Shown: in pieces, positions 50,124 through 64,000 of the stretch
How positions within the stretch are numbered: position 1 is the stretch's first letter
Layout of the letters: the number at the start of each line of letters is the position of its first letter
NCBI GenBank assembly: GCA_013239625.1
Contig: MU054323.1
Span: 930,001 to 994,000, forward strand
Origin: Lama guanicoe
Lineage: Eukaryota
DNA length: 64,000 nucleotides
Reading direction: 5' to 3'
Program-made: the position numbers and the translations under genes
The notes under the pieces: model-generated
What the model was told of the DNA's origin: nothing
The model's database searches: none
What the model saw: only the letters and a program-made list of their open reading frames with translations

Positions 50124-51069
50124 AGTATGACTCACAGACTGACACATCTAGCAGAGCATCAAATTCAAAGACTCAGACTGAACCCTAATATTCACCCTGA
50201 TTCCCAACGAGAACCTTCAGGTCTTTCAGCGGTCTATCTAGGTAGGCACAGGAGTGGCATAATCTTTGTTCTCCCTTCCTCCTCCTTGTCCTCCTCCTCC
50301 TCATCATCCATTACATTTGTCCAGAATTTTACTGATCACAAAGCACTTCCGCATGCTTGACATCACTTGACCTCTTAGTTATTTAACTTAGTTATTGTAC
50401 TGTTGAGGTTATGATACCCAGTTGAAAGGAATCTGAGGCTCAGATGGATTACCTCGCCCCAGATCACTTGACAAGAGCCTCACCTCGTTTGGATCAGAGC
50501 CAGCAGGGTCAGCGTTAATGACCACAGCTGTAGATGAGAGCCAGCTCTTTGAGTAACAAAAAACAGCATTTACAGTTAACACAAGGATGATGAATTAGAG
50601 CTTATGTAAGAAAATTCAGTTGCTTAGAATAATTGTTTCTCACCTTTTGAGAGAATAGTTGCATTTACAGCTTTATAGTCAGGCAGCTATAACTCTCTGA
50701 GGGTCTTATTTCTTCTCGTTAATTATCTACAAATACAAGATAAAGATATGTAAGCAAATCAATCAGAGGCAATATTTAATCTTCAAAGACCTTCGCTCCA
50801 TCAGGCTAATTTCTAACAGTAGTATTGGTTTATTGTATTTTTTTGATCACAGAAATGCAAACATTGTATTCGTTCTACCTATTTTTTTTTTATGGAGAAG
50901 GGAAATCTCAACTGTCTTTCCACTTTCCACGTATGTAAAAAACTTCTCATCTCTACAATTGCTACGTTCGTTTGCAATATTAAGATCAGTCAAAGTTGGA
51001 AGTTTATAATTTTTTATTCCAGTCACAAAATCAACTAGCAGTAAATCCATTGGGAAATATACAAAAAAA

Positions 51070-51400
51070 AAGTTCATAACAGCCACATTGCAATGGACAA
51101 AAAGAACCCAGCTGTCTACCGTTAGAGCAATGGATAAACACACTGAGATATTCTCAATTAATGGTATAGGATAGTGAAAATGGGTGTATCAGTATGGGTG
51201 CATCTCAGAAACAAAATAATAAAGCAGTCTTAGAAGAATGCATACGATATGAATCGGGTTTTTATGAAGTTCAGAAACACACAGAATTCAAGAATACATT
51301 GCTCAAGAATGCATCCTGATGTGCACAAAGTATAAAGAAAAGCGGGACAATGAGAAACACAGAATTTAGGGGTATGGTTTTCTGTGTGGTGGGAGCAGGG
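51070..51400 (+). mobile_element. Old L1 (L1ME3-like) 3' UTR
   Basis: gttcataacagc...aatggataaa...atctcagaaacaaaat...aaagtataaagaaaagc...aacacagaatttagg. Confidence 0.7.
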
Positions 51401-51819
51401 GGCAATGAGACAGGGAAATTCACTCTAGAACATCCAGTGGACTCATGGTGGATCTGACATGTAGGTCCCACCTCTGATGGAAAAGTAAGAGGGAAGAAGA
51501 TAAAGGGTGGGTGCTTGACTGTGTACCTGCTATGTGCCTCTGCTCTGCTGAGCACATTCCAGCAAGCGAGAGGAAGCAGAAGTAAGTCAGGCCTGATTCT
51601 TGCCCTTGTGGAACTTAGTGAAGCCATTCGGGAGAGAATATTCACGTTAAGAAATAATCAAAGGCTTCAAGCAATCTGTGCTTTCTTCGTTGTGCGTCTG
51701 GGTCCTTGTTACAATCCCCTGATTAGTAAGGAAAAATCAGTTCTGTCTACCTGTGAGTCATCAAACACAGTGCTTTGAAAATGCTTTTTCTAGAGTCTCT
51801 GATCATGAGAACTGTAACC

Positions 51820-52245
51820 TAATGAAGAGTCTTCCATCATACCCCGAGCTCTGCACCTTAGCCTGCAAGGCCATTCACACTCTGGCTCCTAAGTAACCAA
51901 GACTGCTCTCCCCAGCTCTGCCAAATGCCTGCCCCAGACCATTTGTTCCTGCTTGCAGATCTCCAAATGTGGCAGACGTGCTCATCCTTCTAGGTCTTTG
52001 CGCATGCTGTTCTGTCTGCATGGACTGCACTATGAGCTACCTAGTCAACAGCACCTAGCTTCTTGATACTCAGTGCAGGAAGCCCTTCCTTACCCCTAAC
52101 CTGGGGTAAATACCTCTCACCTGTACCCACCAAGACTCCTACATTTACCTCTATGATCAACACATATTTACCACAATGTTAAGTAATTTATCTGTTGCTT
52201 TTCGATTTCCCTGATAATTCTGTGAGCTCCCTGAAGAACAGGAAT
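51820..52245 (+). mobile_element. L2 LINE 3' fragment
   Basis: caaggccattcacactctggctcc...tctttgcgcatgctgttc...aggaagcccttcct...ctgtgagctccctgaagaacagga. Confidence 0.7.
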
Positions 52246-55200
52246 CTCAAGGTTTTATATATGGGCTAATACTAGTAACCAATAAAACCAAATAAGCCAT
52301 GAGGAAGTATTTGCAGATCAAAAAATGAGTGATTCATCTAAATATTATAGGTGTTTATCAGGCAAGATGTACATCCTGTTGGAGGAAATAGGAGTTGAAA
52401 TGGCCTTTGGAGGGTGGATCAGCAGAAAAAAGACAATAAGATTCTCAAAGGGGAAGCACATAAGGAAAAGTATAGAGGGAAGAATTTGAGTGATCTCAGC
52501 AACAGTGAAAGCACACGATTGTGGGGGATAACTCTGTAAGAGAAAATTGGGCTCAATTAGGACAATAGTTGGGAATCAATCCCGCATGAAATCGGAAGGA
52601 CTTAGCTCTGATGAAACTCTGAATTCAATCTGAGTTAACAAGGCAAAATGATTCAAAATTAAAACTGGAAATGTCAGATCTAAGCTTGTCTTTCTGCCCC
52701 TGATTACAAATATGTAATAAGTTCTAAACAGTACCTGTCTAAGTCCTCCTCAAAGAGGATGCTTGGCAAATTGGAGGCAGCAGGAGAGCCTGACTCATTC
52801 CAATTACTCTTTCGAAAATGAAAGAGGTAAAGGAAGTAAGCCCGCTGAAGTGCTCGGGGAAATTGTGAAGTGCCTGTCAGACTGGAAAAACTGTATGGCA
52901 GCCTTTGGAGAGCTGTGATGGAGGACGGTCTAGGTAAGAAAAAAACCTCAGCAAAGTAAAACGTTTTCCTCCACTTAACAGTTAGAAATAGACTGTAGAA
53001 GAGGGTATTTATGTGCTCCAGGTGAGCTTCCGCAGAGGAAGGAATGTTCTGAGGAAGGGAAACCTTCCTGGAACCAAGGGGAGAGAATGACCTGCCTCTG
53101 CCCACACCTCTACCCTCCCAGGTCCTCTCTGCCCTCACCTCTCACGGTTGCTGCTCCTGCATCAGGGAGTTCGGTGCAAAACCAAGTCAAAGAATTATTT
53201 GGGAGCTGAGGGTATGGGTTTCTGCAACGGAGACCCAGGCTGTGGAGGGCGTGGGGGATCTCTAGAAATAGCACACTTCTCTCCCTGCAAGGCAGAGATC
53301 AAGATATTATTTTCACAACTGAAATTAAGCCGATGCTGAATTACATGGCATAGGCATACTGTAATAACGAACTATCCAACACCGAAAGAAAACTCTAGAA
53401 CTCCTCACACTGGGTTCTGTCCTGCAAAATTTATAGCGCGGAGAAGAGTGAATGCATACTTACTGAGGGTAGTGAGTTTTCAAGGAGAAAAGGAAAGAGA
53501 AGGGACTTAACTTCTCATTCCCAGTTTCTCTTTACAAATTGATAGTTGAGTAAAGGCATTCCTCTTCCCTGAGGGATGAGCGATGAAAGGGAAGTAGAGA
53601 GACTGGACGAGTCAGACCAGTGGCGCTCCCACCAAAGGGAAGAAAGTAAGGCTGGAAAGGTGTGAGCCCACGTAGCAAATTTCTGAAACTTCCGTGTTCT
53701 CTGTGTGGCTGGAGGAAGCCATTTTAATATCTGGAAGAGTAAATCCAGAGCCTCTATGGATCTCACTGAATTTGACTTGTAGGTAGGGAGATGGGGAAAT
53801 CTGGGTAGTGAGTGAAAAAAACCTGAAATCATACAAGTACACAGGTGGGTCTCGTCATGGGAGGCCTTGTTTCCATGAGACGGTCTTGTTCTGTTAGAAA
53901 TGGGGGACTCACTGAAGGGGTTTAAAAATTATTTGCTCCCTGAGGTTCTCTGCTGTCTCATTGATTCGCAAACCCTGGTTTTTTTGGTTCCCGTCGTGAG
54001 CACAGCTCTGCTTCTGCTCTGCCTATCACTGTAAAACAGTACATTTCAGCTGAACTCTGCAGGCCTTATTTGATGGTACACAATAAATTCTTTGATAATT
54101 CAATTGAATGATCTAACCTTTCGCTAATGGTTGAGTGAGAAGGGAGAGACATGAAGATGATAAAAACATGACCCTTATTTTACAGTTAAGGAAGACGTGT
54201 GTCTACAAAGTTAATTTAGAACAAATCTGAGCTGGAGCTCTAAAAAGGGAAAGTTAAGTGCTCTGAGAGAACAGAGAAGGAAACACTAAAAACTCTCCAT
54301 GAGGTTTCCAGCTGAAGAGGACGACACACAAAGGATAACCACACATACAAGAGGCAATAGTTTCATAGGCCAGACATGATGGTCATGTTAATCTCTACAT
54401 GTACTTCTGTCTGCTTCCACCTATGCTTGTAGTTAGCTGGAACTGGTATGTAGTTAACAGCATAAATTGGAGATGAGAGTCTGCTGAAGAGCAGGTGTGG
54501 GGAGAGGGGATCCAGATACAAATGATTTACTTCTGAGGTCAGATTGAGAGAAGAGCTTCTGTTTGACAGCGAGGCAACGAGAAGAGCAAAAGTAACATTG
54601 CTGAGTTTCTGACTCTGGTGCTGAGACAGAGATTACTCAATCCGTTAGGACAGTAACCTGCAGCTGGCTCAGGGAGCCTGGGAGGAATCCCTGGGGGTGG
54701 GGTGGGGTAGGGTGGGAAGCAGATGATCTGTAAAAGACTCTGGAATGTACCAAAAAGATTACAGAGCGAACTCAGTGGAAAACTAGGGAATTTCTAGCAC
54801 ACCTTCTGATTCATTTTATTTTATTAAATCTTTGTGCCTTTCTTTGTCTTTAAGCTAATAGTAAATTGTACATAACTAACTGATAACAATGCAAATGATT
54901 CTTGGTCATACTTATGCAAACATATTTTGTCCAATGGAGAGGACAATTGATCCCACCAGCACCTCCTTGGGGACAACTGTCATATATATATCAAATTGTC
55001 ATATCTATCTATCTATCTATCTTTGAATCTGCCTTTGACTGGTTGTAATATTTTATTGTTCCCCTCATTAATTAATGAGTTAATTAATTCCTTTTTGATA
55101 CATGTTAAGTTCATATTTACATGAGGGTCATGATTTTACCATTTAAACAAAGTTTACTTCAATATCCCTCAATGACTTGAACTTTATTTGAATGTGGGTC

Positions 55201-58200
55201 CAAGAATCTCGTCACCTTCCTCCTTGACTTCACATTTCCATGACAGGAGAAGGGTTCCCTACTGCTTAGTTTACAACCTGAGTTTCTGTTGTCTAATCCA
55301 GAAATCTGGTGGGTGAGTGACTGGTCCCCTCTTTCTTCCTGGATGCCTAGTAGAAGTGACTCTTTCTCCTGCCATGCTCTCCAGGGAAGGACGTGTGTGA
55401 GGGTAAAGCCTGAAACAAGGATTTCTTGCCTTGCCTTTAGCTTTTGAAATGTCAGTTGCTTCTTTTAAGCAGCTAGCGTGCTCTGGCTGCCTTCAAATGT
55501 ACTCATATCACATCTTCCTCCCATGCATTAATTAGCTGTGTCTGGAGAAAAATTTTAAGCCAACAGAACACAATGGCCCATTGGGGAAGGAGTCTTAAGT
55601 GTAAGCATTATTTTCATCAGGAATTAGTTCTAAAAGGTAGTTCACTGGGTAGGAAGAAGTCATATTGGGGACATTCAAACAATGTTCCTATCTGATTTTT
55701 GTGTCCTGTTAGTAAATTTGACTGTCCCCTCCTTTGTGGCTCCACCTGTCCTAATGGCTATAAGCCTTGATTGTGTTTATTTCTTGGTGTATCTGTCTCT
55801 TTCCTAAGTTGTGAGGCCCTTGACCACAGGAGAATAGTCTGATGCTCTTCAACAAAAAGCACAAGTTTGGAAATACAATAAGTTTCTAATGTGCATCCTT
55901 GCATCTCCGGGCAGCTCTCACAATGAAAATTGTACACAGCCAGAATCTCTCTCTCTAATTTCCACACGGAGGGTCCTGCTGTGTTCTTTGGAGTTGCACA
56001 GATCAAATTTATTGCTCACCCCAATGTCAGAGAGATAAGGCATGCGAATAAGCTGCTAAAAGAGAAAGCAATTAGAATAATGAAAGTCATTAAATTAGAC
56101 TCTCTCCACACATCCTCCCCCAAATCATAGAAATAAAAAGGAAAATCAGAAAAGCTCCAGATTAGACCAGGCCTGCAGCATGATTATGAGAAAGAAAATA
56201 CTAAAACTTCAATGTGCATGTAAGTAGGGAAATAAACTTTATAAACCAGTGGTTGCCTCGGGAGCTCCTGTCAGAGCTGAGACTCACAGGGGAGCATGTG
56301 GAAGAAAGGTATGTGTGGCAGGGTCCTGACTGTGACAGAACACAGATAGCACAACAAGACTTCACAGCCAGAAAGAGAAGGTGCCACCTGAGTGAGGACA
56401 GATGTGAGCACCAGAGGTCAGAGCTACAGGGGAGCTAACAACTCTGGAATCTAAGTCTTTAGGAAGGAGTAGAGATGTTCATTGTACTCTATCAAATGTT
56501 CTGTATGTTTACAAAATGTCATCATAGTATGCTGGAAAACTATAAGAAGGACAAGAAAAGGCCCAAAATATGGCAGAGAGAACATGCTGTGTGAACACAG
56601 GAGAAAAGTCGCTGCCTTCGTGGGGCTGCAACAGAAGGGGGCTTTGGGAAGGGTCTGGAAGGAAGCACAAGGTTACCTACTCACCAGGAGGAGGCCTGGG
56701 CAGACACGTTCCCACGTTGACTCTTGACATGGTGCCTGGGCGCTAACCTGACCCTCTTGAAGCTTCAGACCCTCTTCAGTCTAGTGACACCCATCAATAT
56801 TAATCTGTCCTCACGTCTTGGGTTCACTCTTGTTCTTGAATTTAGGAGGGTCCAGGTTGCTGCAAAAATAAAATCGTTGAAAATACACATAGTACCAATG
56901 AATAAACATTTTAGATAGACCACAGGATTTAGTTTTAAGTGCTAAAGTAGAACTAAGTTTCAACTTTACATCTAGAACGAGTTATTAGGCATAATTATTA
57001 ACTGCCCTTCTGTAATCTCTTTCCTCTCCCAGAGCCCACTTGACGTCTGTGCTAACCTGGTATTTCTTGCACACGACTAGAGAAATAGACAAGGTATCCT
57101 TTGCTCAGGTGTAGGGCAGGGAGCTAACATTTATGGAGAAAATGCTCAGAGCCAGGCACTATGGTACGTGTACACTTCATGTACATCGTATCAGATCTTC
57201 CCTACATGGGTGTGATGGAATCTGGAACGACATGGAAGAGTTGCAGATGTGCTGAGATATTGATACGCTTCACCTTTGAGGTGTTTGATCAGGGGCTGAG
57301 GCAGCCAGAGCCCCTGGGGCAGACACATCAGGCCCCAAAGTGCCTGTATTTTCTGTGTGCCTGCCATGAACACATCTGGGTCTCACTGTGTTATAGCATT
57401 CATTCCTTGTGGAAACTGTAAGGTAAATTCCACTTTCACCATTTCAGACATGGTGGGCTCAGAGGAGGCTCTGAATAAACTAGTAACTAGTCAACTAGTT
57501 AGCATTAGATCTCACCATCAGTAAGCGGCAGAGTCAGGACTGCAGTTTGGTCTGCCTGGTACTGAGTACTGAGGTTTTCCTCTACACCATCCTCTTCAGT
57601 TACCAGAACCGTCATGGGTAGCATCAGGTCCTGAAAACCTAGGACACCTCTGCATTATATTTGCACACTCACAGAGGGCAAGGACTCAGATTTGGAAGCT
57701 GAAGTAATAAAGGAACTGGGAGGCTCTCCCAGACAGCATCAAGTTCTGGAACGCGTGGGACTTTCTAGCTGAACAATACAGGTTGATCACAACACACCTG
57801 TGGGAAGAGGTTGGGTTCAACTGGGTTCAAATCTTGAGTGTCCTAAGTGACAGTAAGTCACTGGGCAATGAGGCATTAGTGGGGAGCCACTAACACTTTT
57901 CTTTCCTTTAGTTTTTCCTTCAGATATCTTTTATTAGGTCTTCCCGGTCTCTGGGTAGACATGGAGTCATTTTAACATGAATGCCCAGGCCACATGAGCT
58001 CATTGGGTGTTCCTATTTGACGGCAGGACACCAACCCCTCCAGGGCATCCTCAGGGTGTCTCTCACAAATTAGGTCAACTGGCTTCCCTGGCAGCTGGAC
58101 CGGTGCCCACGCTGCTGCCATTGCTTGTCCTGGAGCCAACGCTTTCTGCTCCACTGAGGCCACTGCCTCTGATGCCGAGTTGCTCCTGGCTGGGATGCGG

Positions 58201-58397
58201 ACTTCTCAGTGCTTGCCTCAGAGCTGCTGCTTCTCGTTCTTGACAATGCTCACATCCCACGGCTACTTGCCTCTAGGCTTTTCTGATTTCCCTCTGGCCA
58301 TTTCATTTGCCAGCGCCTTCCCACTCCAGAACACTTGCCTGCCACTTTCCTGGACTAGTCCAATCTCTGGCTGGCCACTCTTTAAGTAGCATCTTCC

Positions 58398-58490
58398 CTT
58401 TTTTTTTCCCAATTGATGTCCAGTCAGTTACAATGTGTCAATTTCTGGTGTACAGAATAATGATTCAGTCTTACATATAAATATACACAC
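58398..58490 (-). mobile_element. Very short young L1 3' end, camelid-like
   Basis: Poly-T then cagtcagttacaatgtgtcaatttctggtgtacagaataatgattcagtc. Confidence 0.8.
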
Positions 58491-60209
58491 AAAAAAACCA
58501 AATTTCTAAGTAGTGTTTTTATCCACTTGCTCCCTCATAAATCAACATCCACTGATGCAGCTACCTCATCAGTCTGTCAGTCTTAGGGCAATGGTCCTAC
58601 TTCAGGTTCTTATAATCTCCTCGGGAGGGTCCACAGCAGGATGTGTTGGTTCAAGATGTTTGAATGTTTCAGGTAATAGCCACCTGGCTGTACTATTTTT
58701 CCTCTCTAATCTCCAGGCCCTGTTACTAAGCCTGGCTCATTCCAGCAGATTTCTTCCTCCCTCAGGCTACATTCTCTCCCTAAGGATCCACATTCTTTAT
58801 TGAAATTTCATTCCACCGGGTTATTCCAGCCCAGTTTACCAGATGTGCTTGAAGATACGTTGGCACCCTAATCTTGGCACTATTTGAGTTATTTTCCTGG
58901 GACGTTATCCAGCCTCCCTGTTAACAGTGGATAACAGGAGTGAGAAAGTCACATAATTCACATGCAATTTCTCCTTATTTCAAAAGCGTGTCATGTTTAT
59001 TGCAGAGATTTTAGACAATGCAATAAAACAATAAGAAGAAAATGAATACCCCTGGTAATTTTACCACCCAGAGATAAACGCAGCTAACATTTACTGAATG
59101 TCATTCACATTTATTATATGACTACTATGTGCCCGCGGTTGTGCTGAGCACTGGCAATAAAAACCAAACCAAACCAAACCAGAGCTTTGCTGCCTCTGTA
59201 TCGTCTCATAGCCTGTTGTTTTCTTCATGCTACTATTTCATACAGCCTACTTTTTATTCTCTATTGAAAATGACAGTTTTCTGAATTTTCTCTTGCATTG
59301 TGAACTTAGTCCCATTCAGACACATGCTTTTTTTCAGAATTTTCCAGATGTCTTTCTTTCCCCTGTATTGCAGCATTTTTCTCATCTACTTCCTTCTTTC
59401 CCCGCTTTATTTGCTCTTAGCCCATCATTCAGCGAACTGTCATCCTCAGTGTTTGTCAACAGAGAGGGAATGGACTGCCTTCGGCTCTCCTCTGCCCACC
59501 TGCCCACAGCCCACCTGCGTGCTGGAGGTGGACTGGAGTCTTTCCCTCATGTGTACCAGGGGTGGGTGTGACCCCTCAACCTCCAACGCTCAGCTTCCCA
59601 TCAGCATTTGCTTATTGTACTGGGGTATTCTGTGAACTTGATTGCCTTCCCTATTCCCATACTTGCTGCCCTGCGCTCTGAGGTACTGCATAATGTGGGG
59701 TAGGATGGGGAATATAATTCTCAGTATGCACAGCTACAAAAAGCACTTTCCTCACGGAGCTAGAATGGCATGTGCTGTAGGGAGCTCCCCTGCACCTGTG
59801 TTCAGAGTGTGACTGTTTACAGATGCAGGAAGGACAGCAGAGGGTGATCCCTCACTAGTCAGCGCCGAGGGCCAGATGGGCAGATGCTCAGCTTATGGAT
59901 TGGTTCAAATACTCAATAGTCTTTGAATCTGGGGATTGATAGTGGACAAAGTAAACGTGTTTTTCTTTAGGTAATCTCTGTTTCATAAAACAAAGCCCAG
60001 GTAGGTTTTTTTTCCCTATGGTGTTCTAAACTCATGAGTTAGTAGAAATTTCTCATTTTTGACATTAGATTGTCAGTCCATCCTGATAGTCTCTGTTGTT
60101 ATTTTTAGTTTCTTTTCTTCGCCTTTATTCATACTTTAATTGTAAGCTGGACAAGAAAAATATCCTTACTCCACATAGGTGAACATCTAGCTTTCTCCAC
60201 ATTTATAAC

Positions 60210-60430
60210 AGTTCCTTTATTGAGCACCTATGTGCCTGATACTTTTCTAGCTGCTCTGTTCAAGTTATCATTTTGATCCTAATCCCATGAGGTAACTATT
60301 ACTTCCATGTTACAAATAAAGAATTCAAGACTGGGAAGTTAATAAAGGATGTGCCTAAAGACAATGACCTTGTAAGATGCACAGCCTAGATTCAAACCCA
60401 GGACTCCTTCTTACCAAAGCTCTTGATACT
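60210..60430 (-). mobile_element. MIR SINE
   Basis: tttattgagcacctatgtgcc...cccatgaggta...gattcaaacccagg. Confidence 0.75.
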
Positions 60431-61871
60431 TCCCTAGTCTCTTGACATCTTTAAAGTTAATTATCATGTTGAGTTATTTTGGGACGCTGGTCTAGAAGTG
60501 AATTAACCTTGAGTTCATGCAGCATTTCCACCAATGTCTGGCACTGCGTATTCCAAGTAAAGGATGAGAGCAGTCTGGCACTTGGATGCTCTTTCCCTTT
60601 TCTCCTTCCTTCCTTCCTTGTACTGCCTACCCTCCTTCATCCCTTTACTCTTGGATCTCATGCTACCCCGAGTCCACGAACTAATATTTCCTACTTTCTA
60701 CATGTGGACATTTCCCAGTACAGTGGGTTGGCTGGAAATAACTGAGTTCAAAAGCACTGAAGTAAAAAATGGCTTCTCTGCCATCTGAAGATGGAGTGTA
60801 GACCCATTCACAACCAGAAGTGATTAACTGATGGTGTTTTCATGTGCTGATGGGTAGACAGAGACAAGTAACCTCCAAGAGGAAGCTCAGCTCCCTGGTG
60901 GGGCGAGCTGGTGCTCTACAGTACCAACAGGGGGATGCCTCACACTCCGGATGCACTATCAGGCCGCTCCTGTCTCTAGAGGCACAAAGGAGCGGCCTGT
61001 CCCCAGCAATGGCCCAGATGGGTGGATGGAGAAGGTACGGGACTACTGTCTCCAGTCCTTCCTTCTGTGTTCAACATAAACTTGAATCACAAATGTAAAA
61101 ACTATCCATTTCTTTCATGAACTCAATAATATGATGCTTTCTAAAAGCAGCCCCACTGATTCTAAAAAATGTAAATAACAATGCCTTTTTTGGACTAAAG
61201 TCTGTCCGTAAATTAAATATTTAAAATCCAATAATAAAGCCTATCCCTGCACCTGAGAAAGTTATGTCTGAACAAAAAAAAAATGTTATTCACTGATTTG
61301 TAAATGATTTTATTTTTCTGCAAATGGATTTTAGACTTTATTCCTAGTCTCAATACTTGCACATTTGCAGTAAAACCAGCTCCCCCAATGAGTCATCCCA
61401 TTCCTGCAGAAATACATCCATGTGTTCTACCTCACTCATGTTGTCTGTGTGCATAAAGACAATTCTCATATAAAATATTCAGGCATTTTGGTCCAGAACC
61501 CACCGCTGTATGATGAGTGCCCATTACCAGTCTTGGCTGAGCAGACTGGGGTCTGTCTACACATTAATTCATACTGACAACTCACAAGAGTTCCCTTAGT
61601 GAAACTGTCATTTATCTGTCCCATAAGGAAATCAGATTGTCAGATCTGATAGCTGACACGTATAGCAGTATCTGTCAGCAATCCGAAGCTCCTGCTCTCA
61701 AATAGACCTTCCAGAAAAGCAAAGGCATTCGATCCTAGAGGCCACTCGCAAAACAAGAAGGGCTTTAGGTAGCTTCTCAGGCAGAGGCACTGTGCCTTCC
61801 TGATGAGCTTCAAGACAGCCACAGCCTGTGACACATAAAGGTCACCAACATCCTACAGAAACTCTCTTTCC

Positions 61872-62135
61872 CTTTTTTAAATAGCTAATTACTGAGATAT
61901 AATTCACATACTACAAAGTCACTCATTTAAAGTATACAGTTCAATTTTTTAGTCTATTCACAGAGTTACACATCCATCACCACTATTTCATTTTAGAATA
62001 TTTCAATCACCCCCAAAAGAAACTCACTCTCATTAGTAATCACTTCTCAATCCTGATGCTCACCCACCAACACCCCAGGGAACCATTAATCTACTTTTTA
62101 TCTCTATGATTTGCCTATTTGGATGTTTTATATAT
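61872..62135 (-). mobile_element. L1MB-like 3' end
   Basis: tgagatataattcacatac...tttaaagtatacagttca...attcacagagtt...ccatcaccacta...ttttagaatattt...atcacccccaaaagaaac. Confidence 0.88.
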
Positions 62136-62199
62136 GTTAAAATTTTAATAATAGAATGATCATTTTATATATGCTGAAATTTTAATAGTAGTAATAGAA

Positions 62200-63400
62200 A
62201 TATACCAATGAATGCATAATTTCCAAGTCAACAGTTGCAGACTATTATATGAAAAAGATCATTCCAAAAGAATACAGAAATGAGGAGCAAGATAAATAGA
62301 AAACAGAAGACAGGAATTCATAAAAATAAAATCAGGAAGTCAATGAGAAAATATAAAAGTGATTTACAAAGCCAACACTGCTGGGCTTTAAAAAAGATGA
62401 TAAATGAGACAAAGGTGAGTCAAAATTGACTTAGAAAAAAGAGGTAATAATAAACAATATTAAAACTTTAAAAGAAGTGTATGAAGTTATAAGTTTGAGA
62501 CTAATAATGATAAAAGAATAAGTGAGAAAATGAAGAACTTTCTTGAACATTTTCAGTTATCGGTGGTGACTTCAGAAGAAGTAGACAGTACAGACTGACC
62601 AGTAAGCACTTAACAAATTGAAACAATAGTAAAATGTCTCTCACTCAAAAACATTAAGGCCCATGTTAATTACAAGGCAATGCTATTGAGTCCGCAAAGA
62701 ATAATCTCTAATTTATACACTTTTTCCTCTCTTTAGATTAGAGAAGTGTTTTATATAAATTCACTATCAACATCTGACAAGGCAATAGGAAAAAAGAAAT
62801 TATTGACCAATCATTAGTAAGTATGTAAATATAAAATGTACATATGTTGACAGAAAAATCAAATGTATCACAGAAATACAAAGATAATCCAGTGGCAGAA
62901 TATCTTTTTCTTAAAGAAAAAAGAACACATGCTTACCTCAATATATATGGAAAAAATTTCATAATTTATATTTTAAAAATGGTCTCACTTGTACAAAAAT
63001 AGAAGGCTATTTCTATTACCAGATAAAGAATCTGCAACAGAAATGCACAGAAAAATTATACTTAGTGCAAAAACTTTAGAAACATTTCCATTGAAATTAT
63101 GAAAAATATGTGCCCACATTCAATGTAATTGTTCAACAAGGTATGAGAAATCATAATCATTGATTGTGTGGGAGACAGAAATACGAATAAGAATTTTAAA
63201 GAAAAAGACAAACTTGCTGTTATTTGCCAATTATTATGTTCTCCACAGAAAATTCAAGATTCTACAGACAAAATATTACACTTAATAAGAATCTTGAGCT
63301 AGTTTTCTGGATAAGAGATTAATAATAAAAATGTATTTGCTTTTTTTGCATCAATCAATATAAAATGATACTCAATATTTTAAAGATACCTGCAAATTTA
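62200..63400 (+). mobile_element. Highly degraded L1 ORF2 (L1ME-type)
   Basis: A-rich; aaatgaagaactttcttgaa...gaagaagtaga...aattgaaacaatagtaaaa...tagaaacatttccattgaaa...ctgttatttgc. Confidence 0.7.
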
Positions 63401-64000
63401 ATTTCTCCCCTTCCTCCCTTCTTTTTCTTTTATTATCATTTTCCTTCTTTTTGTTTTTTTGGTATTTTGTTTATTCTTTTCTCAGCTATTGCTAGGAAGG
63501 TCCCTAGAGTAAGTGTCTCCTGTGTGCTTGCCTTAGGGGATAATGACACATCCCAGGCTGGGGAGGAGAGTGGGCTCGGTGGCTGCAGCAGGAGAGAGAA
63601 GCAGTGGAAGTTCAGGCTCTCTCTGCACTGAGGGCAGAGCATCACCTCCAGGGCCTTGTCTTGCCATCCCTGCGATCCGATCCCCATCAGCACTGCAGTG
63701 CCTGGTGGGGAGCAGATGTGAAGGAGATGTGAGTTGTGTGAAGGCAGCCAAGAAGCTTCCCCTGTGACAATCCTCAGTGTAACTCTGACACTGCTCCTAA
63801 CGAGGATGAGCAGATGGAGGCTGAGCACTGGACACACATTTCCTTAGGTGTTTAATTTATTCCTAATAACCATAGGCAGAGTTCTCTGGCAAAAATCAGT
63901 TTCCTTTCTGTTTACATCAAAACTCATGTTCTCCATCAGTGTCTTAAAATCATTGGAGCAAAAATTTCATTGATACCTCATTTTGTTTAGAGAAACCAAA

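Noticed and set aside
62126..62191. Short imperfect direct repeat (ttttatatatg.t.aaattttaata.tag twice)
   Set aside because: Small local duplication at an L1 boundary in AT-rich DNA; no sign of function
1..64000. Prokaryotic or viral system (operon, CRISPR array, defence island) or an intact gene
   Set aside because: No ORF exceeds 160 aa, there is no regularly spaced repeat-spacer array, and the sequence is dominated by mammalian interspersed repeats

Overview
This is eutherian mammal genomic DNA. It is CpG-poor and densely covered by old interspersed repeats: MIR, L2, L3/CR1, L1M, MaLR MLT1 and ERVL LTRs, and hAT-Charlie and Tigger DNA transposons. I saw no Alu, B1/B2, Bov-tA/BovB, PRE-1 or SINEC, and the youngest L1 3' ends look cetartiodactyl, probably camelid (inference). 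I recognise no protein-coding gene, RNA gene, CRISPR array or prokaryotic system; most tracked ORFs are repeat-derived, low-complexity or chance. The window reads as a gene desert or large intron with several repeat-free, enhancer-like blocks. The clearest unusual structure is a head-to-tail 2,059-bp tandem duplication (21026-23084 / 23085-25143). Its copies are about 99.5% identical, with differences confined to the ends. Other leads: a tail-to-tail MLT1 pair forming a long hairpin, a degraded hAT transposase fossil not visible in the ORF track, an unexplained GC-richer island near 26.6-27.6 kb, and a few splice-site-bounded candidate exons. I cannot support a novel biological system from this sequence alone. 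Repeat subfamily names and boundaries are by-eye recognitions and approximate.
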